Assembly (NCBI GenBank): GCA_016748015.1
Contig: JAAOMT010000602.1
Span: forward strand, 695,696-759,695
Origin: Geosiphon pyriformis uo1
Lineage: Eukaryota > Fungi > Glomeromycota
DNA length: 64,000 nucleotides
Direction: 5' to 3'
Below are positions 11,401-25,729 of this stretch, one piece after another. The position numbers were made by a program, and so were the translations under genes. Each line of letters starts with the position of its first letter. Position 1 is the first letter of the stretch. The notes under the pieces were generated by a model. The model was given only the letters and a program-made list of their open reading frames with translations. It did not search any database and was not told the origin of the DNA.

Positions 11401-14400
11401 AATAGCCAATCTAGAATGCTTTTAATCATTCTCCTTTTGTTAGAACAGAAATTTTCCATCTGACAGTTAATAGCCTTCTCAATCTCAGCATTTTTAGCCA
11501 ATTTAGATTTATAATACTTAGACTTTCAATACTTTTTCTTTACCACTGACAAATGCTTAATTAGAATTATTAAACACACATCACTAGACACTATGCCAGA
11601 CACCTTAAACACCTCAATCTTGTCAATAGAAGTCCAAACTTTAACAAAATAATTAAAATCTTGAAGATCGCCAGAATTCTAGCAATTCACAATTTTGGCA
11701 ATAAGCAATTCCAATTTATAAAATTTAGAAGAATGTTTGTTTCGTAAACAATCAAATTTACTATATCAACTCTTAGAGAACATCTCAGTAGCAGCCTGTA
11801 TCATGACTTCCTCCAGTACACTCCACATCATATCTAAGTCACAACTGTCCTCAGCAATTCTAAACATAGAAAATCTGGCCAACAGCTTGGCAAAAAAACA
11901 CTCCTTGAAATACAACCACTAAACTTTGCCCACATTCCCCAACTTGAACTTCCACTGGTCTCAGTTGGCCTGCCTATGAGCACTGATAAGACAGGCATCC
12001 AAAAGCTCACCCAAACCAATAGAAACTAAAACTGATTTATGATCTGTGTTAAAGAAATTTGACACATTCTCGACTATATGTGATGCAATTGTAGACACCA
12101 GATGCTTATTCACAAAAATAAAATCAATTACTTTCTTAACTCCTCTGGAATTGCTCCAAGTAGGAGTTTGAGCCAATAAATGTTCATTGAAAGTATTGAC
12201 CAAGCCCAAATCCAAGCAGAACTTAAAACTAGCACTTCTTTTTGATTTATTTTCATTAAAATCGCCATCTAAGACCACAAAAGAGCTAGAATTAACAGCT
12301 ATTGAGATTATAAAGTTGACATTAGCAGCTTGACTAAAATAAGTGTTGCTGGATGCACCAGAATAGAGACCCAAAATAGTAACTAAAAGCTTGTTTTTGA
12401 ACAAAAAATGCACAGAAATCAACTGACCAGAAACCTCTTCAACTTTAGACACATAACAAGCCAGAGAAATGTCCATAATAATGGCAACTTCGGTACCAAG
12501 AAAACCTGTGTTCAAACCAAAAGTAAAAACCCAAACTCCATTAAATTTATTCATAATCCATGGTCTAATGTTAGACTTCAATTTTGTTTCCATAATAATT
12601 AAAACCATATTTTTTGATTCTCTATGCCAATGAACAACATCTTCCTATTTGGCAGAAACATTGATGCCCCAAACATTGCACATAGCAATCTTCCAGATCA
12701 AACTACTCATTGAGATAAAAATAATAATAAGAGATCCAAACCAGCACACAAATGATCTAATTTAGCCAAAACCAAACCAATAAAGGCCTCAAGAGCCACC
12801 AATTTAAATTTCAAACTGCCAATCTTAATCATTAAAACTTTAGAACTACTTAGACCCAAAGTTGAAACATCAGGGGAAGCAAAAGAGGAGAGTGGAAGTA
12901 TTAACTCAGAATTGTCCATAATCATATCCAAAGCCAAATTCTCTTTAGCAGTAATCAAAATGTCTGAGACTTTAGAGGAGAAAGATGAAGCTTGTGGCAC
13001 CAATTCTATATCTTCAAGCTTGTGTATAATGCCAGAAACTTGGTCAGTCAATAGCTCCAAGAATCATTCCAAAGAGGCCAAACAAACATCCAAAGACGAA
13101 TTATTAACCAAAACAGAAGAAAAACTACTATTCAAATCTAAGGTGCCCAAGAAAGAAGAACCAGAACCAGAAGCAAAGTGAAGACCAGAAAACCCAGTAT
13201 GTAAGGCCACCTGAGCCCAAAATTTGTTATTAAAAGCAACAGGGCGAGATATTAGAACACTTTTCTTTTCATACAACTTTGTCAACTAAAGACAATCTTT
13301 ATTAGACACAACCTTTTTAAATGTCTTTAAAAACTTAAAAATAGATACAACAAGTGCATCATATTCCAAAGCAAAATGACCAATCTTTCCACACTTCTTA
13401 TACCAAACCAGATCCATCCTTGTCCAAGAAAGTTTAATACCACCAAGAATTGGCTCTGTGTGAAAAGATTCCAGATTGTCATTAGAGTCAAAACCAACCA
13501 TAGCACAGCAAATCCTATTACCAGTTTCTATAGATCTGTTTATGATGCAGATTTTCCTACCAGTGCTCTCCAGAAGAGTCCCAAGATCATGTGCAGTTGT
13601 ATGTACTGGCAAAGTAAACAACAGTGCTCTGAACTGATCTCTAGACACCCAAATCTCACAATCTTTTACTGTTTTGGCTACATGCACAGAATCTTTACTA
13701 ATCAGAAAAGACCATTTAAAGGCCAACAAATTAGCTTGATCCAATTCAGTGAACTCTACCATAGCCTTTTGTCATATCCCAATTAATTGAATTTTGATTG
13801 ACTTAATTTCCCTAAATTTGGATACTGCAGCAATAATCATCTCCTTTGGTGTATTTATGAGAATTTTTTTGATTACTATGGCCCAATCTGAACAAATTTC
13901 TTGTTTCTTGAGATTACTGTTTATGGTAATCCCCTTCTCTCTGGCCAATAATACAGCCATTTCCATGCTCTTTTCTGATGTAAAAGTAAATCTGATGATC
14001 TTTTCAAATTTTGAGGGAGTAGTGGCCCCCTCCAAAACCATTGACTGAAGAAAAAAAATTTCTGATTAACTGAGTTTTTGCCATTGCTAATTTCTCTTCT
14101 ACAGCTAAAAAATTAATGTTCAAAGCAAATAACTTTTTAATTGACACTTCTACAGGAGCCTTGACAATTTTTGGGTCAATTCACTTCTTGTCAAGAGAGA
14201 TAGGCAAGCAAAAAGGGAGTACAACTTCATTATCATCCATATGAAAATTGGGAAAACCAAGTGGAGAGCCAAAAATAGCCCTAGTGTTGATTTGCTTTGC
14301 CTTGGATGTAGTAGCAACTAAGCCCAAAAGAGACTCACCATTCACACCAAACATGCTAACATCTTCATCATCACCAGATAGACTTTCTACATCAGAATAT

Positions 14401-14780
14401 GTACTATTACTAGGTCCAGATTTACTCTAAGATATATTTCTTTCATTACCAGAGTGTTTAACATTACCAAGAACAATTTTCTTCTTCTGAAAAAAAAACC
14501 ATTAGCAGGATCATGAAAAGCACTCTTAGGTGCCTTTTTCTTAGATGTGGTGCTACCTGCAATAGCCTCTATATCCACGAAAAATGAATTATTATTAGAT
14601 AAAAAAATATTGATATATAAACTAAAAAACAAAAAAACTTTTTTTTTACAGAAAATGCACTTTTTGAGAGTTTTTGAAGGTAAGAGAGAAAGAAGTTTTT
14701 TGTTTTTAAGTTAATTATACATCAAATTAGAAAATGTATTATTATTAATACCAATTGGAAAATCTGAATTACCAGATATG
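8437..14780 (-). mobile_element. LINE-A, near full-length decayed non-LTR retrotransposon (ORF1; ORF2 APE-RT-RNaseH-Zn finger), 3' end interrupted by G1
   Basis: APE: CNVWGIN, METKL, GDFNE, TWSNS..IDFIF, TDHK. RT: QDMCKAYDSV, GLDQ, FIND (FVDD). RNaseH: YTNRS, AELQAI, LDSQ, KVKGHSG..GN..ADELA. ORF1 has a degenerate CCHC. 5' end approximate. Confidence 0.9.
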
Positions 14781-14829
14781 TTAATATTATTTATATAGTA
14801 CTTTTTTTAACAAAACCACTTTTTTTTTT

Positions 14830-15265
14830 AATTTACCAACAACTGCTAAAAAAACCCAGATAAATTATATGTTTATTAATTTTAAAACTAAGAATACTGC
14901 TTAAAACTAAATTATTTTTAATAAACTGTTTAAATATAATATCCAGAAAGTCAACAAACTTAATAATTAATTCAACTAATACAGAAAGTTTGGTCAGATC
15001 AGATTCCAAAAAAAACAACTGAAACAGCACTAAAAAATAATTAACAATAGCAAAAAGAAACAATATTAAAAAACAAAAAAATTAATTTAGTTTTTATTTA
15101 ATTAGTCTAATTTTTGAAATTAAATAATTTGATAAGTTAATTAATTAAAAATATATTTAAAAATTTGTTTTATTTTGTTTTTAAAACTGGTAATAATCTG
15201 TTAAAAAACATTATAATTAATAATACAATTAATAATTAATTTTGGTTTTTTTGGTTATTTATAAA

Positions 15266-15307
<42 letters not shown>

Positions 15308-15672
15308 ACCAGCTTATTAATTAAATTATTATTAAATTCTTGAAAAAAATAAAAACAATATTAAAATTAATATTAATATGTTTTTTTAAAAAAAATTTAA
15401 ATAAAAAAAAAACTATTAATCAAAAATAAAAAAATTGTTTTAAAAGTTATTAAAAGCAGTTTTATATTATTAATATTTAAGAAAAATATTTTTAAAACAT
15501 TTTTTTTAATTGTTTTTACAACAAAAAACATTTTTTTTGTTAAAATTTATTAATTATTATAAAAAAAGTAATATTTAAAACTCTTTTATTATTTGTTTTA
15601 ATCATAATTATAAAAATAAAAAAAAAGTGTTTTTAATTATTAAATATTAAAATTTAAATTATTGATTTTTAA
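14830..15672 (-). mobile_element. Highly decayed repeat relic (probable LINE ORF1 of another family), related to 38200-39720
   Basis: Shared strings with ~39180-39720 (ctgttaaaaaacattata, aaaacaatattaaaa, tattaatta.tataaa); extreme AT content. Confidence 0.45.
15268..15302. repeat. (AAT)n microsatellite
   Basis: About 11 tandem AAT units. Confidence 0.9.
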
Positions 15673-16776
15673 ATATTGTTACAAGTTAGAATAACAAGCT
15701 AACATATAGCAAAAGAGAACAATTATAGAGTAATAGAATAGATTAAAAAAAATTTAACTTTAAGAAGTAAATTAAACAAGTATAAATTCAATATGTAAGA
15801 TTAGTTTCATAAAATATCTCAGTTGCTATTTTTTTTTAAAAATAACCAAAAAATTTGAAGGTAAAAAGATAGTTTGTATTGTTAACAAATAATAACACAT
15901 TAATATAATTCTATGTCTTATATTAGTATTCTTAAAATTTGATATTAAATATTAAATATGTTTTATTTAATAATCTTTAAATAATACAATTATATAAATC
16001 AAAAAAGAATAGATAAATATCAACAAATAATTTTTTATTCAAAATGTTCAGATACTTGAAAATATGAAAAGAAAATAAGCAATATGAGAAAAATTAAGAT
16101 AATAGTTGTTATTTTATTTATTTTTAATTATTGATACATATTTTTTTATAGCTAAAAAACTCATTACTTATATAGTTATCAAAAGTAATCAATAATTAAG
16201 TTATTAATTAGATTAATGATTAGATCAATAATTAAGTTAATAATTAAGTTATTAATAAAATTAATAATTAAGTTAATATTCAAATTAATAATTACTATCT
16301 AAAAATAGAGTAGCTAATTATATAATATTAATGGTTAATATATATAATAATTAATAAAAACTATGAGTTTTAACCATAATACTATTTTTTTCAAAGAAAT
16401 TAAGCTTTAATAAAATCAAACTATTTATAAAATATTCTAATTAAAAGATTTTGTTTAATTCAAATCTAACTAGTTTGTTGAAATCTTTTGTGAATAGAAT
16501 ATATAATATTTAAAATAAAATAAGTTTTGTGTTTAAGAAATTAAATCTTTGTATAAAAGTTTTGGCTTTTCTGGCAATAATCAAAACTTTTAGAACATTT
16601 AACTATATAATATTCAAAATTTTCACTTGTATCTCTAAAGTTGTTTTTTTTAAGAATTTTATGTCTTTTATTATTTCTTTAAGATAACAATATAATTTTA
16701 ATTGTTTTTTATATAACAAATTTTTATCTATAAACAAGATTTTTTGAATTGTTTTTTCAATTATGATAAAAAGTGT

Positions 16777-17769
16777 TGTTATCAGTAGAATTTTAGCTAT
16801 TAATTAGCATGAAATTACCCTTATAATTCCTATAATTAATTAGTATATTAATATCATTTCAAATTATCATTTATTATTTAATCAATTATCACATATTACG
16901 ATTTAATTAAATAATCCAATTAGTATAACAGAAAGTAGGATGATCAAATTACACAATACCCTGAACTTTGTAACATTCAAAAATTCGCCGAAATTTACAG
17001 AAATTCGCCGAAATTTATAAAAAATTCGCCGAAATTATGAATAGTTCACCCAAATTAATCAATAGTTTAGCGAAATAACTTGTAGTCTATCAAAATATAT
17101 CTTTAGTTCACCAAAATTTGAGCAAAGAGAAAAAGTGCAAGTTCATAGACTAGTACTACAACAAGTTGTATAAAAGAAGAGCTTTTCTCTTCAAGAAAAT
17201 ATATCTTACTTTAGATTTTATCACTAGAACCATTCCTACACACACAAAAAAAGAAATAAATATCAAATAATTCGAAAAACCAAATTTTTTTAATTATTGC
17301 ACTTGGAAAATCCCCAAAATCCAACTAACGTTTTGAAATTGATTAGCTACCAATTTCAGTAAACTGTTAGTGACTCCAGGCCTGGATAGAAAACGTTTTC
17401 CTTGACAAAATTCTATTTCTTTTATTTTTCTTTATTTTTTTTTTCTTTTCTTATTACAATCATTAGGGTAGCCTACAGACAAGATTCTTGTAAAAGAGTT
17501 GACTTTCACAGCAAAGTAACTACACATTTTTAGTGAGCTTTCAGATAAGCAATTTCTGGAAAAAAGTTGACATTCACTACAATGTAACTACATAAAGTAA
17601 CTGGCACAGAATTGGCCATTCCACTTATAAGCCCAACAGTTCAAATTATAGGAGATAATTTAAAGATAAATTCAGTTATTGGAGGTTCAATTACTTCTAA
17701 AAAACGTGAATTTGCAACCAACAGATATTTACAACATTTAAAAAAAGAGACCAAAAACCTCTGATAACA
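16777..17769 (+). repeat. G2 5' LTR
   Basis: TGTTATCAG...CTGATAACA; colinear with 25710-26702. Confidence 0.95.
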
Positions 17770-17793
17770 TTTGGTGTTCTTCTATAAAAATAA

Positions 17794-20700
17794 CACAGCA
17801 ATAACAAATTCAAAGTAGCGACCACACTAGACACAACAACTCTAGAGTATCATCAGTCAATTTACACCTACTGCAAGCAAAGATTCAACATTCCAGATGG
17901 AATTGAAGTTGTCAAGAAATCAGTATATCAATATATTAAAAATCGCATCAACAATTATCTTTTTGGAAACCACAACATTTCAGAAGTTAGAAGCAGCCTC
18001 TACAATAATTTAGTGCACTATTCACAATTGGGAACAGAAGACCTGAACAGTGAAACACTTGCTACCTACTTACAAGAACTTAATTTTAATATTATTGAGT
18101 ACTGTGAAGAAAAATACCCAGTACAGCCCAAATATTTTTTTAACTTTGAATCAGAAACAGAGACAAGCAACAAAGGCAAACAAAAAGTGAAATAATACTC
18201 AAGAACCACTCCAAACACTTTAATACTACCAAAGACAACTGCCAAACACTTGCAAACACCTGAACAAGGAACCAGTGTCAAATTACCACTTTCTATTACA
18301 CCATTTCCAATTTCACTTGTTCAACCACAAACACCAAGTTCACTACTTAACTGTTTCTCCAGACCAGAAGATTTTTAGTTACCTAGAAATCTTACTCAAC
18401 AACAAGAACCAATATTAACAAGTGCCAATATCATTGATTACTTACAGAAAAATGAAAATAATCATTCAGAAAGCTTGGAAAGTGAAGAAACTGAACCAGA
18501 ACCAGAAAAAGCCACAGAAAACAAAGAAAAAATTACAACTGCTTATATTGCAAAGATTCCAAAATTCACGGGTGAAAATAATGATACCAGTCCTCAAAAA
18601 TAGCTTGACAAAGTTCAAAAAGCAGAAGATGCAAATGGTTGAAATACAGCAAGAATGCTCAAAGCAATTCTATATTTTCTTCAAGGAACTGTAGGAGAAT
18701 GGTTTGAAAACTTAAAAAAACCATTTAAAAACTGGCAAGCATTCAAAGATGCTTTTCTACAACAATTTACTAACAACAACACTTCTATTACTTTCAGAAA
18801 CCACTTTCACAATATCAAGCAAAAAACATCTGAAACTGTTATGACCTATCTTGGAAGATTCAACAAACTTTTCAGATGAATTTGACAATTGGAAACCAAT
18901 GACTACTATTCCAATGCTCAAATTCTGGATCAGTTTATAGCAGAGTTAAAAGACAAACTGATTAAGAAAGTCTGTCCACATGTTCCAGCAGACTTAGCAA
19001 CTGTCATTAGACATGTAAAAAATTATGAAATGGCTATGGAAGAAGTAAACCACACCAAACTTGTTAACTTGACTATTAGAAAAACCAGCTCAGCAACTGA
19101 AGAAAAGATAGACCAACTCACAAAGAAGGTTGAAAGCTATTTTACAAACCAACAACAACAGCAGCAACAATCCCAAAAATATTAACCACCACAGCAATGC
19201 AACCAAAACAACTTTGGACCACTATTCAACAACCAACCTCAAAATTGTCACTATTGTGAAATTCCAGAACACTGGAAACAAGATTGCAGGAAACTACAAA
19301 GAGACCAACAAAACAGGAGTAATCAACATTACTCTTTACCACAACAATCTTATTACCAACCCCCACCACCAACTTATTATTCACCAAGACCACAAATTCA
19401 AAACAGCTATTATCAACCAGCTTCACAACCAATTCAACAACAATATTAGCAATTTTTACCAATTTAGCAATATCAGATACCACCCACTCAACAATATCAA
19501 GTACCAGCAAGAAGATTGGTTCAACATAACTAATTCACACCCCAAAATCAATTTCAGAATAACAACAACAGAATTAATCCAAATAACCAGTTGGTTCTCC
19601 GAAATTCTGGTCAAAAAAGACCCAATCACTATCACACTCAATCCAGTTATCTTACAATACCAGAGGAATCGGATTTTCAACAACCTGCACTTTCTGAAGG
19701 TGAAGTTACAGCACCCAGATCAAATTCTTCTAACAACACTATTTCACCAGCTCAAATTGCCCAAAATGCCAACCTTTCAGATATATTTCCATTCAAATTT
19801 GAAGCAAATAAATCACCATTCTTGCTTAGTAATACAGCAGCTAATGAACAAAAAGCTATCACTGCTATGTACACTGAAGCTATAATAGAAAAAAACCCAT
19901 CCGACTAATTCTAAACAGTGGATCAGCTGGAAGTATTATCACTTACCAGTTAATGCAACAGCTTCAAAGAACTGTTAACAGACCAGCCCAAACTGTAATT
20001 GTTACAGCAGATGATATAAAAAAGACACCAGTAGAAGAAATTGACAATTTTTTATTCACCATTGATGGAATCACCATTCCAGTCAAAGTTCTAGTCATGA
20101 ATGCACCCCAATACCAAGTTCTAGTTGGAAATGATTGGCTTCTCAAGGCCAATGCAAACTTGGACTGAGAAACTCAGGAATTAAAAATCTCATACCAAGA
20201 ACAATATACCATAGTACCTGCTACTTGTGGAACTTTTAACAAATGATCAGAAAAAGCCCCAGTATTTGAATTTGAAGAGAAGAAAGAAATGCCACTTACT
20301 AAAATCTACATGGCTCTTGGATCAACATCTAATTGGGCTGAAGAAACAAAACAGAAGATTTTTGAAGAATCAAGAGGATGAAAGAAAGTTAGATATTCTA
20401 CACCAGAACCACGGAAACAACCACCCTATATTCCACTCAAATGCAAAGATTGCAACAAGAAACTTTTATTAATGGGAGCATGTATTTCTCCAGAAGAGAA
20501 ATATGAAACTTGTACCTGTTACTTTTGTAAAACATGCCATAGAGAACGATTTGGATCTCCAAAAAGAAGTAGAAAATAGGACAAAACTTCTTGTCTTACT
20601 TGTGGAGAAATGCTACCAGAAGAATGCAATTGGATTGATGTAGCAATAAGAGGAGAAGTATGTGATCAGACCTGTCAATATGCTCTATCAATTTTGGAAA

Positions 20701-23438
20701 AAGTCAGAAGAGGAACACCATTTAATGCAGCATACAACAGTGCTTTCAATAAACTTTACCACTACTCTCATGATGCTGAAATGATTTTTGACCTAGCAAT
20801 GATATTAATCAATGAAGCCACCTAAGAAGATGTCCACCAAATGAAAGAAGCTGAATACATTGAGTATACTATGGAATTAGCTGGATTTGATTATGAAGAT
20901 AAAGTAGAAACCTACCACCAAATGGCAAGCCACACATACCTAACTTAAGAAGCTCAAATTCAACAATTAGAGCAAATGAACATTTAATTGTGTGAAGAAT
21001 GCATCATGTCTTGTGATGACAAATGGTGTCCAGAATGCTATGCTCTTAGCATTCCCCTGCCAGAGGAAAATGATGAAAATGAAATCGAATTTGGAGTATC
21101 TGAACTAGTAGAAAAACTACTAACCACCCCCATCTATCTTCTTAAAAAGCAACCATCTCTACAACTTAAATATTTTGACAACCATGGCCAAGAAATCAGA
21201 CCAGAAAAAACACACGAAATTAATGCTGGATATGACCTAAGATACCCAGGAAAAGATACTTTGGTTCTTCAACCAAAGTCCTTGACAAAAATCAATCTCA
21301 AAATTGCTCTTAAAATACCACCAGGAGCAATGGTTCAAATTGCCTCCAGATCATCATTGGCAAGCAAAAAAATCAATATTAGAGGAAAAATTATAGATGC
21401 AGGATATACTGGAGACATTACTATTATGTTGCAGAATAAAACAGACAAACCATTCAAGATTGAACATGCTAAAAAAATTGCCCAAGCAATTTACCTATCC
21501 TTAATTAATATTTCGGGTCTATAATCAGTTAACAACAGAGAACAATTGGGAAAAAGTGAAAGAGGAACTCAAGGTTTTAGTTCAACTGGACAATTTACAG
21601 TTCCAGTAAACATAGCCTTTAAAATACAAAATGAATCTCACCAGATTCTTTAACTTCCCCAACCAATTACTATTTCATCTTTTGGAGAACATCACAAAAT
21701 TTACACTTGCTCAAAACTCACTACTACCCAACAAATTTTTAAATCCAATGAACAAATCTGTTTAAAGCATGAAATCTCAATTCCAAATGTTTATATTCCC
21801 AAAAGAATAAAAAAATTTCAAGTTACATTCTACAATCCCAATAATTATTCTATTGTCTTATTAAACAAATTAGAGATTGAAATCATATACAGCAATATTT
21901 TTCAAGATGAAAACCCTCAAATTGTTTCTAATTTTATTGAAATTGTAAGACACACTCTACTCCCAAATTCAAATATCATTCTCACCACTGAAAACTACCA
22001 TTTTTTGGAAGAAAAACTCTCTTGTATCAACATGAGTCCCTTAGAACCTCAACAACAAAGACAATTGAAACAATTGATAGCTGAATTTGCAGATATATTT
22101 GCAAAAGACAACAATGACCTGGGAAAAATGAATATTGTTCAACATCAGATCTATACAGAAGATGCTCTACCAAAACATTAGCAAGCTTATAGAGTGCCAC
22201 CTGCCAGTCACCAATTCATCAGAGAAGAAGTCTAGAGAATGCTTAATAACGGATTAATTCAACCATCAAAAAGTCCTTGGGCCTCACCAGTAGTCTTTGT
22301 CAAAAAGAAAAATGGAAAAATCAGATTTTGTGTTGACTATCACCAATTGAACAGTGTGACAATTGAAGATACCTACCCTCTTCTAAGAATTGATAACATG
22401 TTAGATGCTTTAGGAAAAGCCAAGTTCTTTTCAATTTTGGACTTGGAAAGTGGATATTGACAAGTGGAAATGAACCCAAAAAACTGACCCAAAACAGTAT
22501 TTACCATCCAAGAAAGAAACTATGAGTTCAATGTTATGCCTTTTGGACTCTGCAATGTATTAGCAACATTTCAGCGACTTATGGATGTTGTATATGAAGG
22601 GCTCTTATAGCAATCAGTAGTTGTCTATCTTGATGACACTAATGTATACTTACCAAGCTTTGAAGTCCACCTCATTTACCTGCGAGAAGTTTTTCAACGA
22701 TTACGAAAAGCAGGATTAAAGTTAAACATTGAAAAATGTCACTTTGGAAAAACAAGCTTGATCTTTTTTGGACACATAGTTAGTAAAGATGGAGTCAAAC
22801 CAAATCCAAAAACAATCAGTGCTGTCAAAAACTTTCAAACTCTTAGAAATACCACAGAACTATGAGAATTTGTAGGATTAGCCTCTTACTATTAAAAATT
22901 CATAAAAAGATTTTCAGAAATTGCCAAACTACTCAATTATCTTATCAACAAAAACATGCCATACAAATAAACTGAAGAACAACAAAAAGCTTTTGAAATT
23001 CTCAAAACAAAATTAACAACAGCCCCAGTTCTTGCTTACCCAGACTTCAACAAATGGTTCCAATTAGCCACTAATGCTTCACACATAGCATTTGGTGCTA
23101 TCTTATTACAATTGGATGAAAATAAACAAGAACAAGTCATCGTCTATACTAGTAGAACACTCAAACCAACAAAACTAAAATACGGCTCAACTAAATTAGA
23201 AGCTGCTACAGTCATCTGGGCTCTTAAACATTTTCAACAATATCTGAAAAATGGAAAAGAATTTGACATCATAATTAACAATATTGGTCTTAAATGGCTC
23301 AATAAAAAGAAAACTGAACAAAGTGCCAAACAGTCTTGATGGAATGACTTCTTAGCAAACTACAAATATATTGTACACCACAAACCAGGAAAAATACACA
23401 CTAATGTTAACAGCCTCTCAAGGATGAGACAATATTAA
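17794..23438 (+). pseudogene. G2 gag-pol (Gag, CCHC, protease, Cys-rich domain, dUTPase ~21170-21590, RT, RNase H)
   Basis: AYIAKIPKF; CHYC..PEHWKQDC; LILNSGSAGS; NAGYDL, RSSLA, IIDAGYTG, IAQAI; [12 protein letters not shown]; NSLSRMRQY*. Many stops and frameshifts. Confidence 0.9.
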
Positions 23439-23494
23439 TACCAACATTAACACCAACAAACTTAATAGCAAAACAAACAACAAAATCAACAACA

Positions 23495-24861
23495 ATGGAT
23501 CCAGAAAACTACAACAACATCAAAAACTATTTGGAAACTCTTATCATGCCAGAAAATTGGTTCCCAAGTAAAAAACATTAATTACAACACCAATTCAAAC
23601 AATATTTTATACACCACAACAAAATCTATTACAAAAATCGTAAAAACTCAAACCAACTACTCAGATTAATACAAAAAAATGAAAAAGAAACAATTTTATA
23701 TAACATGCACACAGATCCGTCTTTAGCACACTTGGGAAGAAATGGAACAATTCAAAGAACTTTTGAACATTATTTTTGGCCTCACATGCAAAAAGACATT
23801 TGACAATATGTAGAATCTTATAATAGTTGTTAAAGAAGAAGAGGAACTTGCTTCACAGAACCTTTAAATCCAATCAAAGTTGGACAACTATTTGACAGAG
23901 TTGGAATTGATTTAGTCAGACCATTATCTATCACAACCCAAGGAAATTGCTATATTGCAGTAGCAGTAGATTATCTTACCAAATGGCCTGAAGCTAGAGT
24001 CATCCAAAGAGCAGATACAAAATCAGTAGCAAATTTTATCTATGAAGACATTATTTGTAAACATGGATGTCCAATTGAACTCTTATCCAATCAAGAAACA
24101 CATTTTGTGAACAACTTGATACAAAAAATTTGTGAACAATTCAATGTCAAAGACCTCTATTATCGTCTTATCACTCTCAAACAAATGGACTTGTAGAATG
24201 TTTCAACAGAACATTGTGTGAATTGTTGGCCAAAGTCTCAACAAATTTTGAGCAGGAATGAGATATCTTTATTCCATCAGTATTACTAGTATACAGAATA
24301 CTAAAACAAAATACTACAAAACACACACTATTTGACCTTACTTATGGAAGGACAGCAACATTACCAATTAATTTCACAGTAGAAACATATCCAGTGCAAC
24401 CAATCAATGAAAAAAACTTTCAAAAAACACTCCAAAGAAGGGCCTACACTCTTCTCAGTACACTGGAAGAAAAAAGAAAGATAGCAGCAACTCACATTGA
24501 ACATTCCCAAGCTCAACAAAAAGAAAGACATAACAACAAATTACCACCTATTATTAACGAATTTAAAGTTGGAAATAAAGTTCTCTTACACAGAACTAAG
24601 ACTGAAAAACAATGGAGTGGAAAATTTGAAAACAAATGGAATGGACCATTTTATATTCACGAAATTCTAGGCAATGGATCATACAAGTTAAGACTTGATG
24701 ATAAAATAGTAACAAAAGTTGCACATGGAGACAGATTGAAACACTATCATTTCAGAAACAATTCTGAAACATTAATTTCACAAATTGGTACACATTCCCC
24801 TTTAATTAATCCTGAAGATATTCTCCAAAATTTAGAACCAATAATTATAATAGAACAATAA
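23495..24861 (+). pseudogene. G2 integrase, separate ORF starting MDPENY
   Basis: ATG 23495; H..H; VGIDLV; KWPEAR; KWNGPFYI; ends LEPIIIIEQ*. Confidence 0.88.
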
Positions 24862-25021
24862 CCAAACTTGAACACTTAAATTTTACAATAATTTTTTAAT
24901 AAAAACACAAAGACAAAAAATAGTAAATAATTACAAAAAACACCCAAACCCAAAAAACAAAAACCCCATATCCAAAAATAATTTTCTTTATTCTCCCTTT
25001 TCATAATTAATCAATTTTATC

Positions 25022-25729
25022 ATGATTATTCCCTGAAATATTCAACAAATATCCCAAAAGTTAATGTTAGCCTTGAAAACACTTCCTGACTTATCTATAA
25101 CGATTAATAGAAGTCAAATTAATTACATTCAGAAAAAAACCACAGCTTCAGTAGTAAATCATTTACAGAACTATCACTCTTATAGAAGAAAAACAAGAAG
25201 TTACTCTGAAAATAGGTTACCAAGACTTTTGAAGCAAGCACTGAAAGAAAATCTTTTAATTGCCCCTATTGACATTACACCAAATACTACAATGCAACAA
25301 AAACTTCTACTACTTTTCAATGAACAAAACAATAAACACACTCCTATCTATAAATATTTTCACATTGGAAAGACACTTTATGAACGAAAACTGGAACTTG
25401 AAACAACAAATCTTATTCCTGAAGCTATACAAAAACAAATTCATAATAAATTCAAAACAGCAGCTGGACCAACAAATACTCACTACAAACTTAGAGCAGC
25501 TTTTAGACTTTATGATTTGTTTAATACTTGTGAAAATGTTCTACAAAATTCAATACTGCAACCAATGAAAGTCCAATACATTGGTAAACTCACAGAACTG
25601 AAATTTCAACAATTTTCAGACCAGATTACTTCAATTATTTTGAATTACTATCTCAATATCACAGATAGTGCTTGGACTTTGATGGAGCTCAGTCTTGAGA
25701 AAGAGATTATGTTACCAATAGAATTTTAG
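25022..25729 (+). pseudogene. G2 ORF3 (one premature stop at codon 5); reads through the PPT into the 3' LTR
   Basis: ATG 25022 is in frame with ORF 25064-25729. Shares YFHIGK, RLYDLF and IGKLT..FQQ with G1 ORF3. Confidence 0.75.
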
